Counted from the stretch's first letter, positions 36,511-46,932 are shown. The stretch is 64,000 bases of DNA from Candidatus Gemmiger avistercoris (GCA_019116705.1 DXBF01000054.1:93304-157303), one strand, 5' to 3'. The notes: generated by a model not told the origin, from the letters alone. Translations and numbers: made by a program.

Positions 36511-36909
36511 ATGGCTGCCAACGCCGCCGATTTTGCAGGCGCCATCTGCGGACGCCGCTATGAAAAAGAACTGGAAACGCATTTCCGGGATTGCCTGCTG
36601 TTTTACCGGGATGGCCGCATCCGCTTTGAACGCTACTGTTACGGGGAGGCCGCCTGCCTGGTGTTCAGCGTGTGGGCCCACGGCTTCGATGCGGAGGGCA
36701 AGATCCTCTGGGACAAAGAGCCGGAATTTGAGAGCCAGCGCTCCGCCCTGCCCCGCGTGCTGACCGACGTGCAGGAAAGCGGAAATGCTTTACAGTTCGA
36801 CGGGGCCCGCAAACGTTACTGCAAAACCGAGGAATTCGAGTCGGATAAACGCAACGGCTATAGCCGCTGGAAGGTCTTTTGGATGAACCTTAAAAAGCCC
36901 CGCGCCTGA
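36511..36909 (+). CDS. Hypothetical protein
   Basis: Own promoter TTGCAT-17-TATAAT (36450-36478), AAGGAGG RBS, terminator downstream. Confidence 0.8.
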   Translation: MAANAADFAGAICGRRYEKELETHFRDCLLFYRDGRIRFERYCYGEAACLVFSVWAHGFDAEGKILWDKEPEFESQRSALPRVLTDVQESGNALQFDGARKRYCKTEEFESDKRNGYSRWKVFWMNLKKPRA

Positions 36910-36927
36910 GGCCCCTGGTCCATAACC

Positions 36928-36969
36928 AAACGGCCGCCGCACAGCGTTCGCTGTACGGCGGCCGTTTTT
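36928..36969. terminator. Intrinsic terminator
   Basis: AAACGGCCGCCG...CGGCGGCCGTTTTT. Confidence 0.75.
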
Positions 36970-37036
36970 GCTTTGCCAAATGCACGCGGTCCTGTGGATT
37001 TCCGGCAAAAATGCCTGCCGCCTTTCTCTCAAAAAG

Positions 37037-38362
37037 TCAGGCGAACTTCTCCACACCGCCGGCGGTGACGCGGGCATAGACCAGCGGCGGCAGGGCCGGT
37101 TTCTCCGCCCCGATCACCAGGCCGCCCCGGTACATCTCCTCCGCCGGTGCAAACAGGGTCTCGTCGTCGGCGTAGAAGGTACAGATACTCTCCCCCGCTT
37201 CCACATGATCGCCCAGCTTTTTGTGCATCGTGATGCCGGCGGCAAAGTCGATGGCATCCTCCTTCTTGATGCGCCCGGCCCCCAGCAGCACGCTGGCATT
37301 GCCGATCTTCTCCACATCGTTTTTGCGGATGTACCCGGCGCACGGGGCCGTCAGTTCGTAGCTGTATTTCGCCTTGCGGAACAGGCCGGGGTCCCGCAGC
37401 ACCGAAGTATCGCCGCCCTGCGCAGCAAACATCCGGCAGCAGGTCTCAAAAGCCGAGCCATCCGCGATGGCCCGTTCCGCCATGGCACGGCAGGCAGCCA
37501 TATCGCCCTTGCCCGCCAGCAGCAGCATATTGGATGCCAGCTGCAGGCAGACTTCCGTCAGGTCGGCAGGGCCTTTTCCCTGCAGGACCGCCATGCTTTC
37601 GGCCACTTCCAACGCATTGCCGATGTTGTGGCCCAGGGGTTTGTCCATATCGGTGATGAGTGCCGCCACCTTGCGGCCGTGGGCCGTTCCGATGGCCACC
37701 ATCTGGCGGGCCAGTTCAATAGCGCTGTCCAGGTCCTTCATGAACGCACCGTCGCCCATGGTCACATCCAGCAAAATGGCGTCGGAACCGGCCGCCAGCT
37801 TTTTGCTCATGATGGAGGACGCGATCAGCGGGATGCAGCCGACGGTGGCCGTCACATCCCGCAGCGCGTACATTTTTTTATCCGCCACGGCAATTTGGCC
37901 GCTCTGGCCAATGACTGAAATTCCGATCTCATTGACCTGGCGGAAAAATTCCTCCCGGGTCAGACTGGTACGGGTCCCCGGCACCGCTTCCATCTTGTCG
38001 ATGGTACCGCCGGTATGGCCCAGGCCGCGGCCGCTCATCTTGGCGATCTTCACGCCGCAGGCCGCCACCACCGGCGCGATGACCAGCGTGGTTTTATCCC
38101 CCACGCCGCCGGTGGAATGTTTGTCCACCTTGATGCCCTCAATGGCGGAAAGGTCCACCATATCGCCGGAGCGGGCCATCACGTCGGTGAGCTGGGCCGT
38201 CTCCTCATCGGTCATGCCGCACAGGTAAACAGCCATCAGCAGCGCGGACATCTGGTAATCCGGCACGCTGCCTGCCACATAGCCGTTGACGGCGAACGCC
38301 AGTTCTTCCCGGGACAGCACGCCGCCGTCCCGCTTTTTTGCAATAATATCATACATGCGCAT
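37037..38362 (-). CDS. pdp: Pyrimidine-nucleoside phosphorylase
   Basis: DYQMSA, DKHSTGGVGDK, KMSGRGLGHTGGT, SIMSKKLA; AAAGGAGG RBS. Confidence 0.95.
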   Translation of the reverse strand: MRMYDIIAKKRDGGVLSREELAFAVNGYVAGSVPDYQMSALLMAVYLCGMTDEETAQLTDVMARSGDMVDLSAIEGIKVDKHSTGGVGDKTTLVIAPVVAACGVKIAKMSGRGLGHTGGTIDKMEAVPGTRTSLTREEFFRQVNEIGISVIGQSGQIAVADKKMYALRDVTATVGCIPLIASSIMSKKLAAGSDAILLDVTMGDGAFMKDLDSAIELARQMVAIGTAHGRKVAALITDMDKPLGHNIGNALEVAESMAVLQGKGPADLTEVCLQLASNMLLLAGKGDMAACRAMAERAIADGSAFETCCRMFAAQGGDTSVLRDPGLFRKAKYSYELTAPCAGYIRKNDVEKIGNASVLLGAGRIKKEDAIDFAAGITMHKKLGDHVEAGESICTFYADDETLFAPAEEMYRGGLVIGAEKPALPPLVYARVTAGGVEKFA

Positions 38363-38466
38363 CGTAGGGGCCCTCCTTTCAGGGCGATGCTTACAGATTC
38401 TGTGCAAGAGCAAAAAATGCCGCCTCACCATGGACGGCATTCTTTTGCTGGGGTCGCACCCGGTTC

Positions 38467-39384
38467 TCAGCGGCTGCCTTTGTCGTAGGGGATGCCTTCC
38501 GCCTTGGGCGCCATGCTGTTCTTGCTGGTGAAGGCCAGAATGACCATCGAGGCAATGAACGGCATCATGTTGTAGATGTTGGAGGACCAGCCGAGCTGCG
38601 AAAGCACGGTGGCGTCCGCAATATTGGCCAGGCTCTTGAATACGGCAAAAAACATGGCCGCGCCGAAGATATGCACCGGTTTCCACTGGCCGAAGATCAT
38701 GACAGCCAGCGCCAGGAAGCCTGTGCCGGCCACGCCGACCTCAAAGTTCCAGGTCTGCACGCTGGGGATGATATAGGCCAGGCCGCCGATGCCGCCCAGG
38801 AAGCCGGAGATCAGAACGCCGCTGTAGCGCATCTTATACACATTGATGCCCACAGAGTCCGCCGCCTGGGGATGCTCGCCGCAGGCGCGCAGGCGCAGGC
38901 CGAAACGGGTCTTGTACATGACGATATAGCTGATGATGAGCAGCACGATGCCCAGCGGGACAAAGACGCTCAGTTCCAGGCCCCCGATGCTGAACAGGAA
39001 GGCATTGTTGGTGTAGTCGATCTTGGAGGAGGTGGAACCGTTGAAATTCTTCGCCAATATGATGGCGAGGGCTGTGGCCAGCATGTTCAGCGCCGTACCG
39101 CCTATGGTCTGGTCTGCCTTCAAATGGATGGAGGCGAAGGCCAGCAGCAGCGAGTAGACCATGCCGGAAACGGCCGCCACCGCGATGGAGATCAGCACGA
39201 TCAGCAGCGGCGGCATCGTGTTGGGCAGCAGGGCGACCGCCAGCACGCCCCCCAGGCCGCCGATGACCATGATGCCTTCCAGCGCAATGTTGATGACGCC
39301 GGAGTGTTCGCTGAACATGCCGCCCAGCGCCACCAGCATCAGCACAATGCCATACAGAAGCGTGTATTTGACCAACAGGAGCAT
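38467..39384 (-). CDS. Nucleoside ABC transporter permease (NupC-like)
   Basis: SEHSGVINIALEG, GEHPQAADSVG, GFLALA. Confidence 0.92.
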   Translation of the reverse strand: MLLLVKYTLLYGIVLMLVALGGMFSEHSGVINIALEGIMVIGGLGGVLAVALLPNTMPPLLIVLISIAVAAVSGMVYSLLLAFASIHLKADQTIGGTALNMLATALAIILAKNFNGSTSSKIDYTNNAFLFSIGGLELSVFVPLGIVLLIISYIVMYKTRFGLRLRACGEHPQAADSVGINVYKMRYSGVLISGFLGGIGGLAYIIPSVQTWNFEVGVAGTGFLALAVMIFGQWKPVHIFGAAMFFAVFKSLANIADATVLSQLGWSSNIYNMMPFIASMVILAFTSKNSMAPKAEGIPYDKGSR

Positions 39385-39385
39385 G

Positions 39386-40540
39386 TCACTTGGCCTCCTT
39401 TCCAGCCTGCGGAGCCGGCTCCGCATTGGCGTCCGAAATATCCTTGTCGGCATGCAGCATACGGCCGATCACGCCGCGGAACAGCATGGCAAAAGCACAC
39501 AGGTAGATGATGATGCCGGAGATCAGGTCGGCGATCTCGGGCGGGAAATAGCGGGTAGGCAGGAAGCTGCCGCCCACCGTGATGTGGGAAATAAACACGG
39601 AGGAGAAGATGGTGCCGATGGGGTGGGATGCCGCCAGCAGCGCCGTGGCGATGCCGTTGAACCCCATGGCCGGGAGCGTGGTGGTGTTCAGCGGGTTCCA
39701 TTCCGCACCGCCGGAAAGGTAGAGCAGGCCCGCGCCGAAACCGGCCAGAGCGCCCGCGATAGTCATTGAGAGGATGATGTTTTTCTTCTCGTTGATGCCG
39801 GCGTAGCGCGCCGCGTTCTTGTTCAGGCCCACCGCCTTGAGCTCATAGCCGAAGGTGGTCTTTTCCAGAATGACCCAAATCAGCACCGCGGCAGCGATGG
39901 CCAGGAAGATGGCGATGGTGGTGCTGGGGGTATGGAACAGTTCCGACATACCGGCCGAGGGGATCACCGACTCGGGCGAAGTATCCACGAGTTTCCAGGT
40001 GCGGGTGCTTTTGACATCGTACATCGCGCCGGTGCCGCGGGCGTAGACGATCTCATTGACCATATACAGGCCGATCCAGTTGAACATGATGGAGGTGATC
40101 ACCTCGTTGATATTCAGGTAGGCCTTAAAGATACCGGGGATCGCGCCCCAGACCGCACCGAACAGCGCCGAGGCCAACAGGCAGAGATACCACGGCAGGT
40201 GCAGGATCAGCGCGCAGTACAGCGCGCCGAAAGCGCCCAGTGTGTACTGGCCCGCCGCGCCGATGTTGAACAGGCCGGTCTTGAAGGCGAAAGCCACCGA
40301 AAGGCCGGTCATGATGAGCGGAGCGGAGTTCGTCAGCGTGCGGCCTACGCCGTACGGGAAGTCGTAGAAGCCGCCCTGGATGATACGCATGAAGCCCTGG
40401 TCCCAGGCATGCTCCGGGTTGATGATGAACAGCGCGATCAGGCCGACGGCCAGACCGATCAGGATGCAGAGGATGGCCGCCAATACGCTGCTGCCCTTCT
40501 GCCGCAGGACCATGCCCACGTTGCTTTTATTCCGACTCAC
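39386..40540 (-). CDS. Nucleoside ABC transporter permease (NupB-like)
   Basis: GLFNIGAAGQ, NEVITSIMFN, AARYAGIN. Confidence 0.92.
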   Translation of the reverse strand: MSRNKSNVGMVLRQKGSSVLAAILCILIGLAVGLIALFIINPEHAWDQGFMRIIQGGFYDFPYGVGRTLTNSAPLIMTGLSVAFAFKTGLFNIGAAGQYTLGAFGALYCALILHLPWYLCLLASALFGAVWGAIPGIFKAYLNINEVITSIMFNWIGLYMVNEIVYARGTGAMYDVKSTRTWKLVDTSPESVIPSAGMSELFHTPSTTIAIFLAIAAAVLIWVILEKTTFGYELKAVGLNKNAARYAGINEKKNIILSMTIAGALAGFGAGLLYLSGGAEWNPLNTTTLPAMGFNGIATALLAASHPIGTIFSSVFISHITVGGSFLPTRYFPPEIADLISGIIIYLCAFAMLFRGVIGRMLHADKDISDANAEPAPQAGKEAK

Positions 40541-40543
40541 AGG

Positions 40544-42091
40544 TCACTGCGCCTCCTTTCCCTGCCGTTTGGCGCCTGCCATATACAGGCCCAGTTCCTG
40601 GACCGTTGTCTGCTTGGGGTCGAACTCGCCGACGATCTCCCCTTCGTACATGACAAGGATGCGGTCGGAGAGGTTCATGACTTCGTCCAGTTCCAGGCTG
40701 ATGAGCAGCACCGCCTTGCCGCGGTCCCGCTCGTCCACGATCTGTTTATGGATATACTCGATCGCGCCCACGTCCAGGCCGCGGGTGGGCTGGACCGCCA
40801 CCAGCAGCTTGGGGTCCTTGTCGATCTCACGGGCAATGATGGCTTTCTGCTGGTTGCCGCCGGACATGCTGCGCACGATGGTGGAACTCCCCTGGCCGCT
40901 GCGCACGTCGTACTGCTGGATCAGGCGGTCGGAATACTCGCGCACCGCCGCCTTATTGATAAAGCCCATCTTCTGGAACCGGGGTTCCCAATAGCGCTGG
41001 AGCACCATGTTGTTTTCCAGCGAATAATCCAGCACCAGGCCATGCTTATGGCGGTCCTCGGGAATATGGCTCATACCGTCCTTGGAGCGCTGGCGGATGC
41101 TGGCCTGGGTGATGTCCTGCCCGTCCAGCGTGATGGTTCCGTGGGTCACTTTTTCAAGCCCCGTCAAGCCATAGACCAATTCAGTCTGGCCGTTGCCCTC
41201 GATGCCTGCCAGGCAGACGATCTCGCCGCCGCGCACCTCAAAGGAAACGCCGCGCACCGCGTCCTTTTTGTGGACGCGCCCGGGCACGTGCATATCTTTT
41301 ACCGAAAGGACCACATCTCCCGGCTGGGCGGGCGCTTTTTCCACCGCAAACTGCACGTCGCGCCCCACCATCATGCGGGAAAGTTCTTCCTTGCTGGTTT
41401 TGGCAATATCAACGGTGCCGATGCCCTTGCCCTTGCGCAGAATCGTGCAGCGGTCGGCCACCGCCATGATCTCGTTGAGTTTGTGGGTGATAAAGAGGAT
41501 GCTCTTGCCTTCCTTCTTGAAGCCGCGCATGATCTCCATCAGTTCGTCGATCTCCTGCGGGGTCAGGACCGCCGTGGGCTCGTCAAAGATCAGGATCTCA
41601 TTGTCACGGTAGAGCATTTTCAAAATCTCTACACGCTGCTGCATCCCCACCGAAATATCGCTGACCAGCGCATCGGGGTCCACCCGCAGGCCGTACTTTT
41701 CGGAAAGTTCCATGACCTTTTTGCGCGCCTTTTCCTTCTGCAGAAAGCCCGCCTTGCAGGGCTCCACGCCCAGCATGATATTGTCCAGCACGCTGAAACA
41801 TTCGACCAGTTTGAAATGCTGGTGCACCATGCCGATGCCCAGGTCGTTGGCGGCGTTGGGGTCCTTGATATTGACCTCCTGCCCGTTTTTCTTGATAACG
41901 CCGTGTTCCGGCTGATACAGACCGAACAGAACGCTCATCAATGTGGATTTGCCCGCACCGTTCTCCCCCAGCAAAGCATGTACTTCGCCGCGGCGCAGTT
42001 GCAAAGTCACGTCATCGTTTGCCTTGATGCCGGGGAATTCCTTGGTGATGTGCAGCATCTCGATCACGAAATCCTCTGCCAAGCTGCTCAC
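40544..42091 (-). CDS. Nucleoside ABC transporter ATPase, duplicated domain (NupA-like)
   Basis: GENGAGKST, MVHQHF, DEPTAVL, SGGNQQK, QPTRGLD. Confidence 0.94.
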   Translation of the reverse strand: MSSLAEDFVIEMLHITKEFPGIKANDDVTLQLRRGEVHALLGENGAGKSTLMSVLFGLYQPEHGVIKKNGQEVNIKDPNAANDLGIGMVHQHFKLVECFSVLDNIMLGVEPCKAGFLQKEKARKKVMELSEKYGLRVDPDALVSDISVGMQQRVEILKMLYRDNEILIFDEPTAVLTPQEIDELMEIMRGFKKEGKSILFITHKLNEIMAVADRCTILRKGKGIGTVDIAKTSKEELSRMMVGRDVQFAVEKAPAQPGDVVLSVKDMHVPGRVHKKDAVRGVSFEVRGGEIVCLAGIEGNGQTELVYGLTGLEKVTHGTITLDGQDITQASIRQRSKDGMSHIPEDRHKHGLVLDYSLENNMVLQRYWEPRFQKMGFINKAAVREYSDRLIQQYDVRSGQGSSTIVRSMSGGNQQKAIIAREIDKDPKLLVAVQPTRGLDVGAIEYIHKQIVDERDRGKAVLLISLELDEVMNLSDRILVMYEGEIVGEFDPKQTTVQELGLYMAGAKRQGKEAQ

Positions 42092-42192
42092 GCCCCTTTC
42101 ATAAGATTATTTGTACTTATTATACAATTATTTGCCCGTCTTCACAAGTTATTTGCGGCCTTTTTTTGCAAAACCCGCGCCCTTTCGCGCAC

Positions 42193-42237
42193 AAAAAAGC
42201 AGCGGATGCTGCGTCGGGCAGACATCCGCTGCTTTTC
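42193..42237 (-). terminator. Terminator/hairpin after the BMP gene
   Basis: AAAAGCAGCGGATG...CATCCGCTGCTTTT. Confidence 0.7.
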
Positions 42238-42253
42238 ATTTTAAGAAAGAGGA

Positions 42254-43417
42254 TCAGACCTGGTAATCCACCGTGGTGTTCTCACTGACAGTGGGCTTGA
42301 CGGTATCGTCGGAGCTGTCGTCCACAACGATCTCGCCGGAGCGGATCTGCTCCTTCACAGCCTCGTACTCCTCAACGGTGAAGGTGGAGAAATTCCAGCT
42401 GCCTTCGGCGGTGGGCAGACCGACATAGTCGCCTTCCTGCAGGCCGTAGACGCCGTTGGTGCCCGCGATGTTGCTCCAGGTGCCGTTCATGACGTGATCC
42501 AGCGCGTCGGTAACGCCTTCGTTCAGGCCCTTCATGGCAGAGGTGACGAACGGGTTGTAGCTGTACTTGCCGCTCTCGACATCCTGCTCGCCGATGTAGT
42601 TCTGGTCAACGTCCACGCCGATGACCTTGCCGTCATACTTGACAGCCGCTTCCACGGCGCTGGTGTAGATGCCGCCGCCGCAGGCAAAGACGACCTGCGT
42701 GCCGCCGGAATACCAGCTTTCCATCTTGGCGGTGATGTTGGCATCGCCGGAGAAGGCGCCGCCGTACCAGTAGTTGATGTGGATGTTGGCGCCCATCTCC
42801 TGCGCAGCGGCGTCAGCGCCCTGCACGAAGCCATAGCCGTAGCGGATAACGGCGGGCACAGCCATGCCGCCCAGGAAGCCCAGTTCGGTGAAGCCGTCCT
42901 TCACGGCGGCGTAACCGGCCAGGTAACCGGCCTGCTCTTCCTTGTAGGTGATGCAGTAGACATTGCCGGGGATGGTCTCGGTGCCGATGTCGGCCGCGGT
43001 CATATCCACGCCGATGAAGTTGACGTCGGGGTACTCCTCAGAGGCCCAGGCCAGCGCGGGTCCGTACAGGTAACCGACGCAGACAACGGTGTTGGCGCCG
43101 TCGTTGATCGCGTTGCGGATCAGGGTCTGGCGCTCCTCGTCGTTGTCGTCGCTGGGCAGATAGTACTCAACGGCAATGCCGTTGGCCTCGCCGAAAGCCT
43201 GGACAGCCTCCCAGCAGCCCTGGTTGAAGCTCTCGTCATCAATGGTGCCCACGTCGCAGACCTGAGCGATCCCGGTGATCTCGGACGCAGCGGCCTCCTC
43301 GGCAGTAGCGCTGGACGTCGCGCCGGCAGCCGAGCTGGAAGAAGCGGAATTACCGCCGCAGGCCGCCAGAGAGAACGCCATGCTGCCGGCCATAGCCAGT
43401 GCAAGAAATTTCTTCAT
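42254..43417 (-). CDS. BMP family nucleoside-binding lipoprotein
   Basis: Lipobox LAAC, DVGTIDDESFN, AGYLAG, IGVDVDQ, SAMK. Confidence 0.93.
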   Translation of the reverse strand: MKKFLALAMAGSMAFSLAACGGNSASSSSAAGATSSATAEEAAASEITGIAQVCDVGTIDDESFNQGCWEAVQAFGEANGIAVEYYLPSDDNDEERQTLIRNAINDGANTVVCVGYLYGPALAWASEEYPDVNFIGVDMTAADIGTETIPGNVYCITYKEEQAGYLAGYAAVKDGFTELGFLGGMAVPAVIRYGYGFVQGADAAAQEMGANIHINYWYGGAFSGDANITAKMESWYSGGTQVVFACGGGIYTSAVEAAVKYDGKVIGVDVDQNYIGEQDVESGKYSYNPFVTSAMKGLNEGVTDALDHVMNGTWSNIAGTNGVYGLQEGDYVGLPTAEGSWNFSTFTVEEYEAVKEQIRSGEIVVDDSSDDTVKPTVSENTTVDYQV

Positions 43418-43563
43418 GGTTTTGATCTCCTTAACTTGAATTGAGTTGAGTCCTGGCAGGGCGGTTCCCTGCCGCGCTACTCACAGTATAGCCCATTTAC
43501 CCGGCTTTTGCAATGGAAAAAAGGACACAAAAGCATTACAAATATTTGACAAAATGTTCAATC

Positions 43564-44718
43564 TCAGTTCTGGATCTCCACCGTGACCGCCGGCGTTTCC
43601 GGCAGGGTATCCAGGTCCGAGTAGGCCGTCACTTCCAGTTCGCTGTTGCGCAGCTGCTCGTACAGGCGCTCATAATCCCGTTCAGAAAAGTCGTTGAAAC
43701 GCCAGGTCGTGGCGGCCAGCGCCACGCTGCCGTCGGTGTACCCCAGCCGTTCCGTCTGCCCGGCATCCTGCTGGTCCCAGGCCGCGCCGCCGGAGAAGAA
43801 CTTGTACAGCTGGCGCTGTACCGCCGTGTTATAGCACTTGACAGCACTGCCCAGCACCCGTTCGCCCAGGGCGTTCTGGTCCCAGTCGGTTGCGAAGGCG
43901 CGGGCACCGGTCTGGTTGACAGCTTCCACCGCGCTCTGCATCAGCTGCCCGCCGCTGGCCAGGATCACGCCGGTACCATTGTTGTACCATTCCACCATAC
44001 GGGAAGTCACGACGCCTGCGTCGCCGATGTCGCCGGTGAACCAGATGCGCATACTGACTTCCTCGCCCTGGCGCTGGGCCGCGGCCTGCGCCCCCTGCAA
44101 AAAGCCGGTGCAGTACCGCACGATGCCGGGCACCTCCTCGGTGCCGACGAAGCCAAGGCCGGTGTAGCCTTCTGCCACCGAGGCGTAACCGGCAAGGTAG
44201 CCCGCTTCCTCCTCCCGGAACAGCACGCTGTGCACGGAAGACTCCATGGCATAGGAGGTATAGTCGGCGTTATGAGGCTCGTCGTCAAAAAGAAGATAGG
44301 ACACCCCCGGATAGTTGGCCTGGATCTCAAACAGAGCAAGGGCCATTTCCTCCCCGCGGCAGACTACCAGGGCCGCGCCGCTCTCGGCCGCCTGGCGGAG
44401 CGCTTCCTCCGCCGAAGCCGCCCCCGAAGCGCCGTAAGGGTACGACTGCGCCGTATACCCGAACTGGGAGGCAAAGGTCTGTATCCCCTGCCACAGCAGC
44501 GCTTCCGGCCCCGATTCCAGCGCGCCGCTCTCGGCCGCCAGCGCGATCGTGGCCCCGCCGGGGAGCGGTTCGGCATCCTCCGCCGGGGTATAAACATAGG
44601 AAGCGTCATCTGACGGCACGGTAAAAGTATCCTCCGTTCCGCTTTCCGCCTGCGGCGCGCAGGCGGAAAGGGCCGCCAGCAGGAGCATCGTCAGGAACAG
44701 CGCGATCATTTTTTTCAT
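43564..44718 (-). CDS. BMP family lipoprotein, divergent paralog
   Basis: Lipobox LSAC, FREEEAGYLAG, TDWDQ, SAVK; lacks the DxSFN motif. Confidence 0.88.
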   Translation of the reverse strand: MKKMIALFLTMLLLAALSACAPQAESGTEDTFTVPSDDASYVYTPAEDAEPLPGGATIALAAESGALESGPEALLWQGIQTFASQFGYTAQSYPYGASGAASAEEALRQAAESGAALVVCRGEEMALALFEIQANYPGVSYLLFDDEPHNADYTSYAMESSVHSVLFREEEAGYLAGYASVAEGYTGLGFVGTEEVPGIVRYCTGFLQGAQAAAQRQGEEVSMRIWFTGDIGDAGVVTSRMVEWYNNGTGVILASGGQLMQSAVEAVNQTGARAFATDWDQNALGERVLGSAVKCYNTAVQRQLYKFFSGGAAWDQQDAGQTERLGYTDGSVALAATTWRFNDFSERDYERLYEQLRNSELEVTAYSDLDTLPETPAVTVEIQN

Positions 44719-44735
44719 GAGAATATGGAAACTCC

Positions 44736-45185
44736 TTACATTTGGGATTCGGTTTTTTCTGTTTCCAGGTTGGCCGGACCAAACCCGTAAGGCAGCAGCT
44801 GCCCCAGCGTCGTAACGATATAGTCCTCTTCCGTCCTGGCCATGATGACCGTCAGGTCCGGGCCGCTGAATTCGTAGAGCGCCTGACGGCAGACGCCGCA
44901 GGGACCTGTGACCAGTTCATTGACCGTGCCTTCTTTGCTGCCGACGATCGCAATGGCCGAAAACTGCCGCTCCCCTTCGCTGACAGCCTTGAACAGCGCG
45001 GTGCGCTCGGCGCAGTTGGTGGCGGTATACCCGGCGTTTTCGATGTTGCAGCCGGTATAGACCTTCCCGTTCCGGGTCAGCAGCGCCGCCCCGACGTTGA
45101 AATGGGAGTACGGCGTATAGGCGAACTTCCGTGCGGCAAAAGCGCGGCGGATCAGGTCGCGGATCTGTGTTTGCTCCAGTTTCAT
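44736..45185 (-). CDS. cdd: Cytidine deaminase
   Basis: PYSHFNVGAA, GCNIENA, CAERTA, PCGVCRQ. Confidence 0.96.
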   Translation of the reverse strand: MKLEQTQIRDLIRRAFAARKFAYTPYSHFNVGAALLTRNGKVYTGCNIENAGYTATNCAERTALFKAVSEGERQFSAIAIVGSKEGTVNELVTGPCGVCRQALYEFSGPDLTVIMARTEEDYIVTTLGQLLPYGFGPANLETEKTESQM

Positions 45186-45913
45186 TTTTCCAGGTACGCC
45201 TCCGCGCCCAGCGCCACCTTCATCATGGCGGTAAAGCTGGTCTGCCGCTGTTCGGCGGTGGTGATCTCGGGCGAAACGAAGCTGTCGGAGATCGTCAGCA
45301 GGCAGGCTGCGCGTTTGCCCAGGACCTTGGCGTTATGGAACAGGGCGAAACTTTCCATCTCCACCGCCAGGCAGCCCTTTTCGTCCCGCAGGCGTTCCCA
45401 ATACGTGGGCTTCGCGTCGCTGGGCTGGCGGTAGAAGACATCGGAAGAATGGATATTGCCCTCGATCAGCGGGATATTCTGCGCGGCGGCACTGGCCCGG
45501 ATGGCTTCGTTCAGATCCGTGCTGGGGGTCTGGATCTCTGCCGTATCGCCGCTCTGGGTCACGGCATAGTTGCTTTCGGAATAAGCGCCCGCAGCCAGGA
45601 CCACGTCGAACAGGCGGGCCTTCTCGGTATAGGAACCGGCGGAGCCGATGCGGATGATGTTCTCCACACCGTACTGGCTGTACAGTTCATAGGAATAGAT
45701 CCCGATGGAGGGCATCCCCATGCCGCTGCCCATCACACTGACGGGGCGCCCCTGGTAAGTACCCGTATAGCCGAGCATGCCGCGCACGTCGGTGACCAGA
45801 CGCGGATTTTCCAGGAAGGTTTCTGCAATGAACTTGGCGCGCAGGGGGTCCCCCGGCATCAGGACAGTCTTGGCAAAATCGCCGTTTTCGGCGCGGTTGT
45901 GAGGGGTAGACAT
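45182..45913 (-). CDS. deoD: Purine-nucleoside phosphorylase
   Basis: MSTPH, PGDPLRA, GMGMPS, RIGSAG, VEMES. Confidence 0.96.
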   Translation of the reverse strand: MSTPHNRAENGDFAKTVLMPGDPLRAKFIAETFLENPRLVTDVRGMLGYTGTYQGRPVSVMGSGMGMPSIGIYSYELYSQYGVENIIRIGSAGSYTEKARLFDVVLAAGAYSESNYAVTQSGDTAEIQTPSTDLNEAIRASAAAQNIPLIEGNIHSSDVFYRQPSDAKPTYWERLRDEKGCLAVEMESFALFHNAKVLGKRAACLLTISDSFVSPEITTAEQRQTSFTAMMKVALGAEAYLEK

Positions 45914-45999
45914 TCTGTGGCACACTCCTTTATTTTGTGTTGGTTCTTTATAGTATACCACATTTGTGGCTTTTGTGGTAAAATTAAACGTAAAAAATT

Positions 46000-46932
46000 G
46001 TGAAAGCGAGTGAGATCATGGTATTACCGCACCATTGCCGTTTATGCCCGCGCGCCTGCGGCGCCGACCGTGCGGCAGGCCAGGCCGGTTTCTGCGGCGC
46101 GGATGACCGGCTGTATGTCGCGCGCGCCGCGCTGCACCATTGGGAAGAACCCTGCCTGAGCGGCGCGCCGGAGGACGTGCGCGGCAGCGGCACCGTGTTC
46201 TTTACCGGCTGCGCGCTGCGCTGCTGCTATTGCCAGAATTACCCCATCAGCCAGGAAAACGTGGGTAAGGAGATCTCTGCCCGCCGCCTGACGGAGATCT
46301 TTCTGCGGCTGCAGCAGGACGGCGCGCGCAACCTCAACCTGGTGACCGCCACCCAGTACCTGCCCTGGGTGCTGGAAGCCCTGGACGACGCCAAAGCCCG
46401 CGGCCTGACGCTGCCCGTCGTCTACAACACCGGCGGCTATGAAACCGTGGAATCCGTGCGGGCACTGGACGGATATGTGGACGTCTGGCTGACCGATTTC
46501 AAATACGCCGCGCCGGAACTGGCGGGCCGTTTTTCCGCTGCGCCGGACTACCCTGCCGTGGCGCAGGCCGCCCTGCGGCAGATGCTGGCCCAGACCGGCG
46601 CGCCGCTCTATGACGGGGAAGGCTTCCTGCAGCGCGGGGTCATCGTCCGCCACCTGGCGCTGCCCGGCTGCGTACAGGACAGCAAAGCCGTACTGCAGAC
46701 GCTGGCCCGGTTGCGCGCCGCCTGCGGTGTGCCCTTCCTGACCAGCCTGATGAGCCAGTTCACCCCGTTTTACAAGGCAGCCGGACATGGCCTTGGCCGG
46801 CGCATCACCACATATGAGTACCGGCAGGTGGTGGATGAAGCCGTCCGGCTGGGCCTTACCGACGGCTACATGCAGGAAAAGAGCAGCGCCCGGGAAGAAT
46901 ACACCCCGCCTTTTGATCTGGAAGGTGTATAA
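46000..46932 (+). CDS. PflX-like radical SAM protein (start may be ATG 46018)
   Basis: CRLCPRAC, WEEP, CALRCCYCQN, RHLALP. Confidence 0.88.
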   Translation: MKASEIMVLPHHCRLCPRACGADRAAGQAGFCGADDRLYVARAALHHWEEPCLSGAPEDVRGSGTVFFTGCALRCCYCQNYPISQENVGKEISARRLTEIFLRLQQDGARNLNLVTATQYLPWVLEALDDAKARGLTLPVVYNTGGYETVESVRALDGYVDVWLTDFKYAAPELAGRFSAAPDYPAVAQAALRQMLAQTGAPLYDGEGFLQRGVIVRHLALPGCVQDSKAVLQTLARLRAACGVPFLTSLMSQFTPFYKAAGHGLGRRITTYEYRQVVDEAVRLGLTDGYMQEKSSAREEYTPPFDLEGV

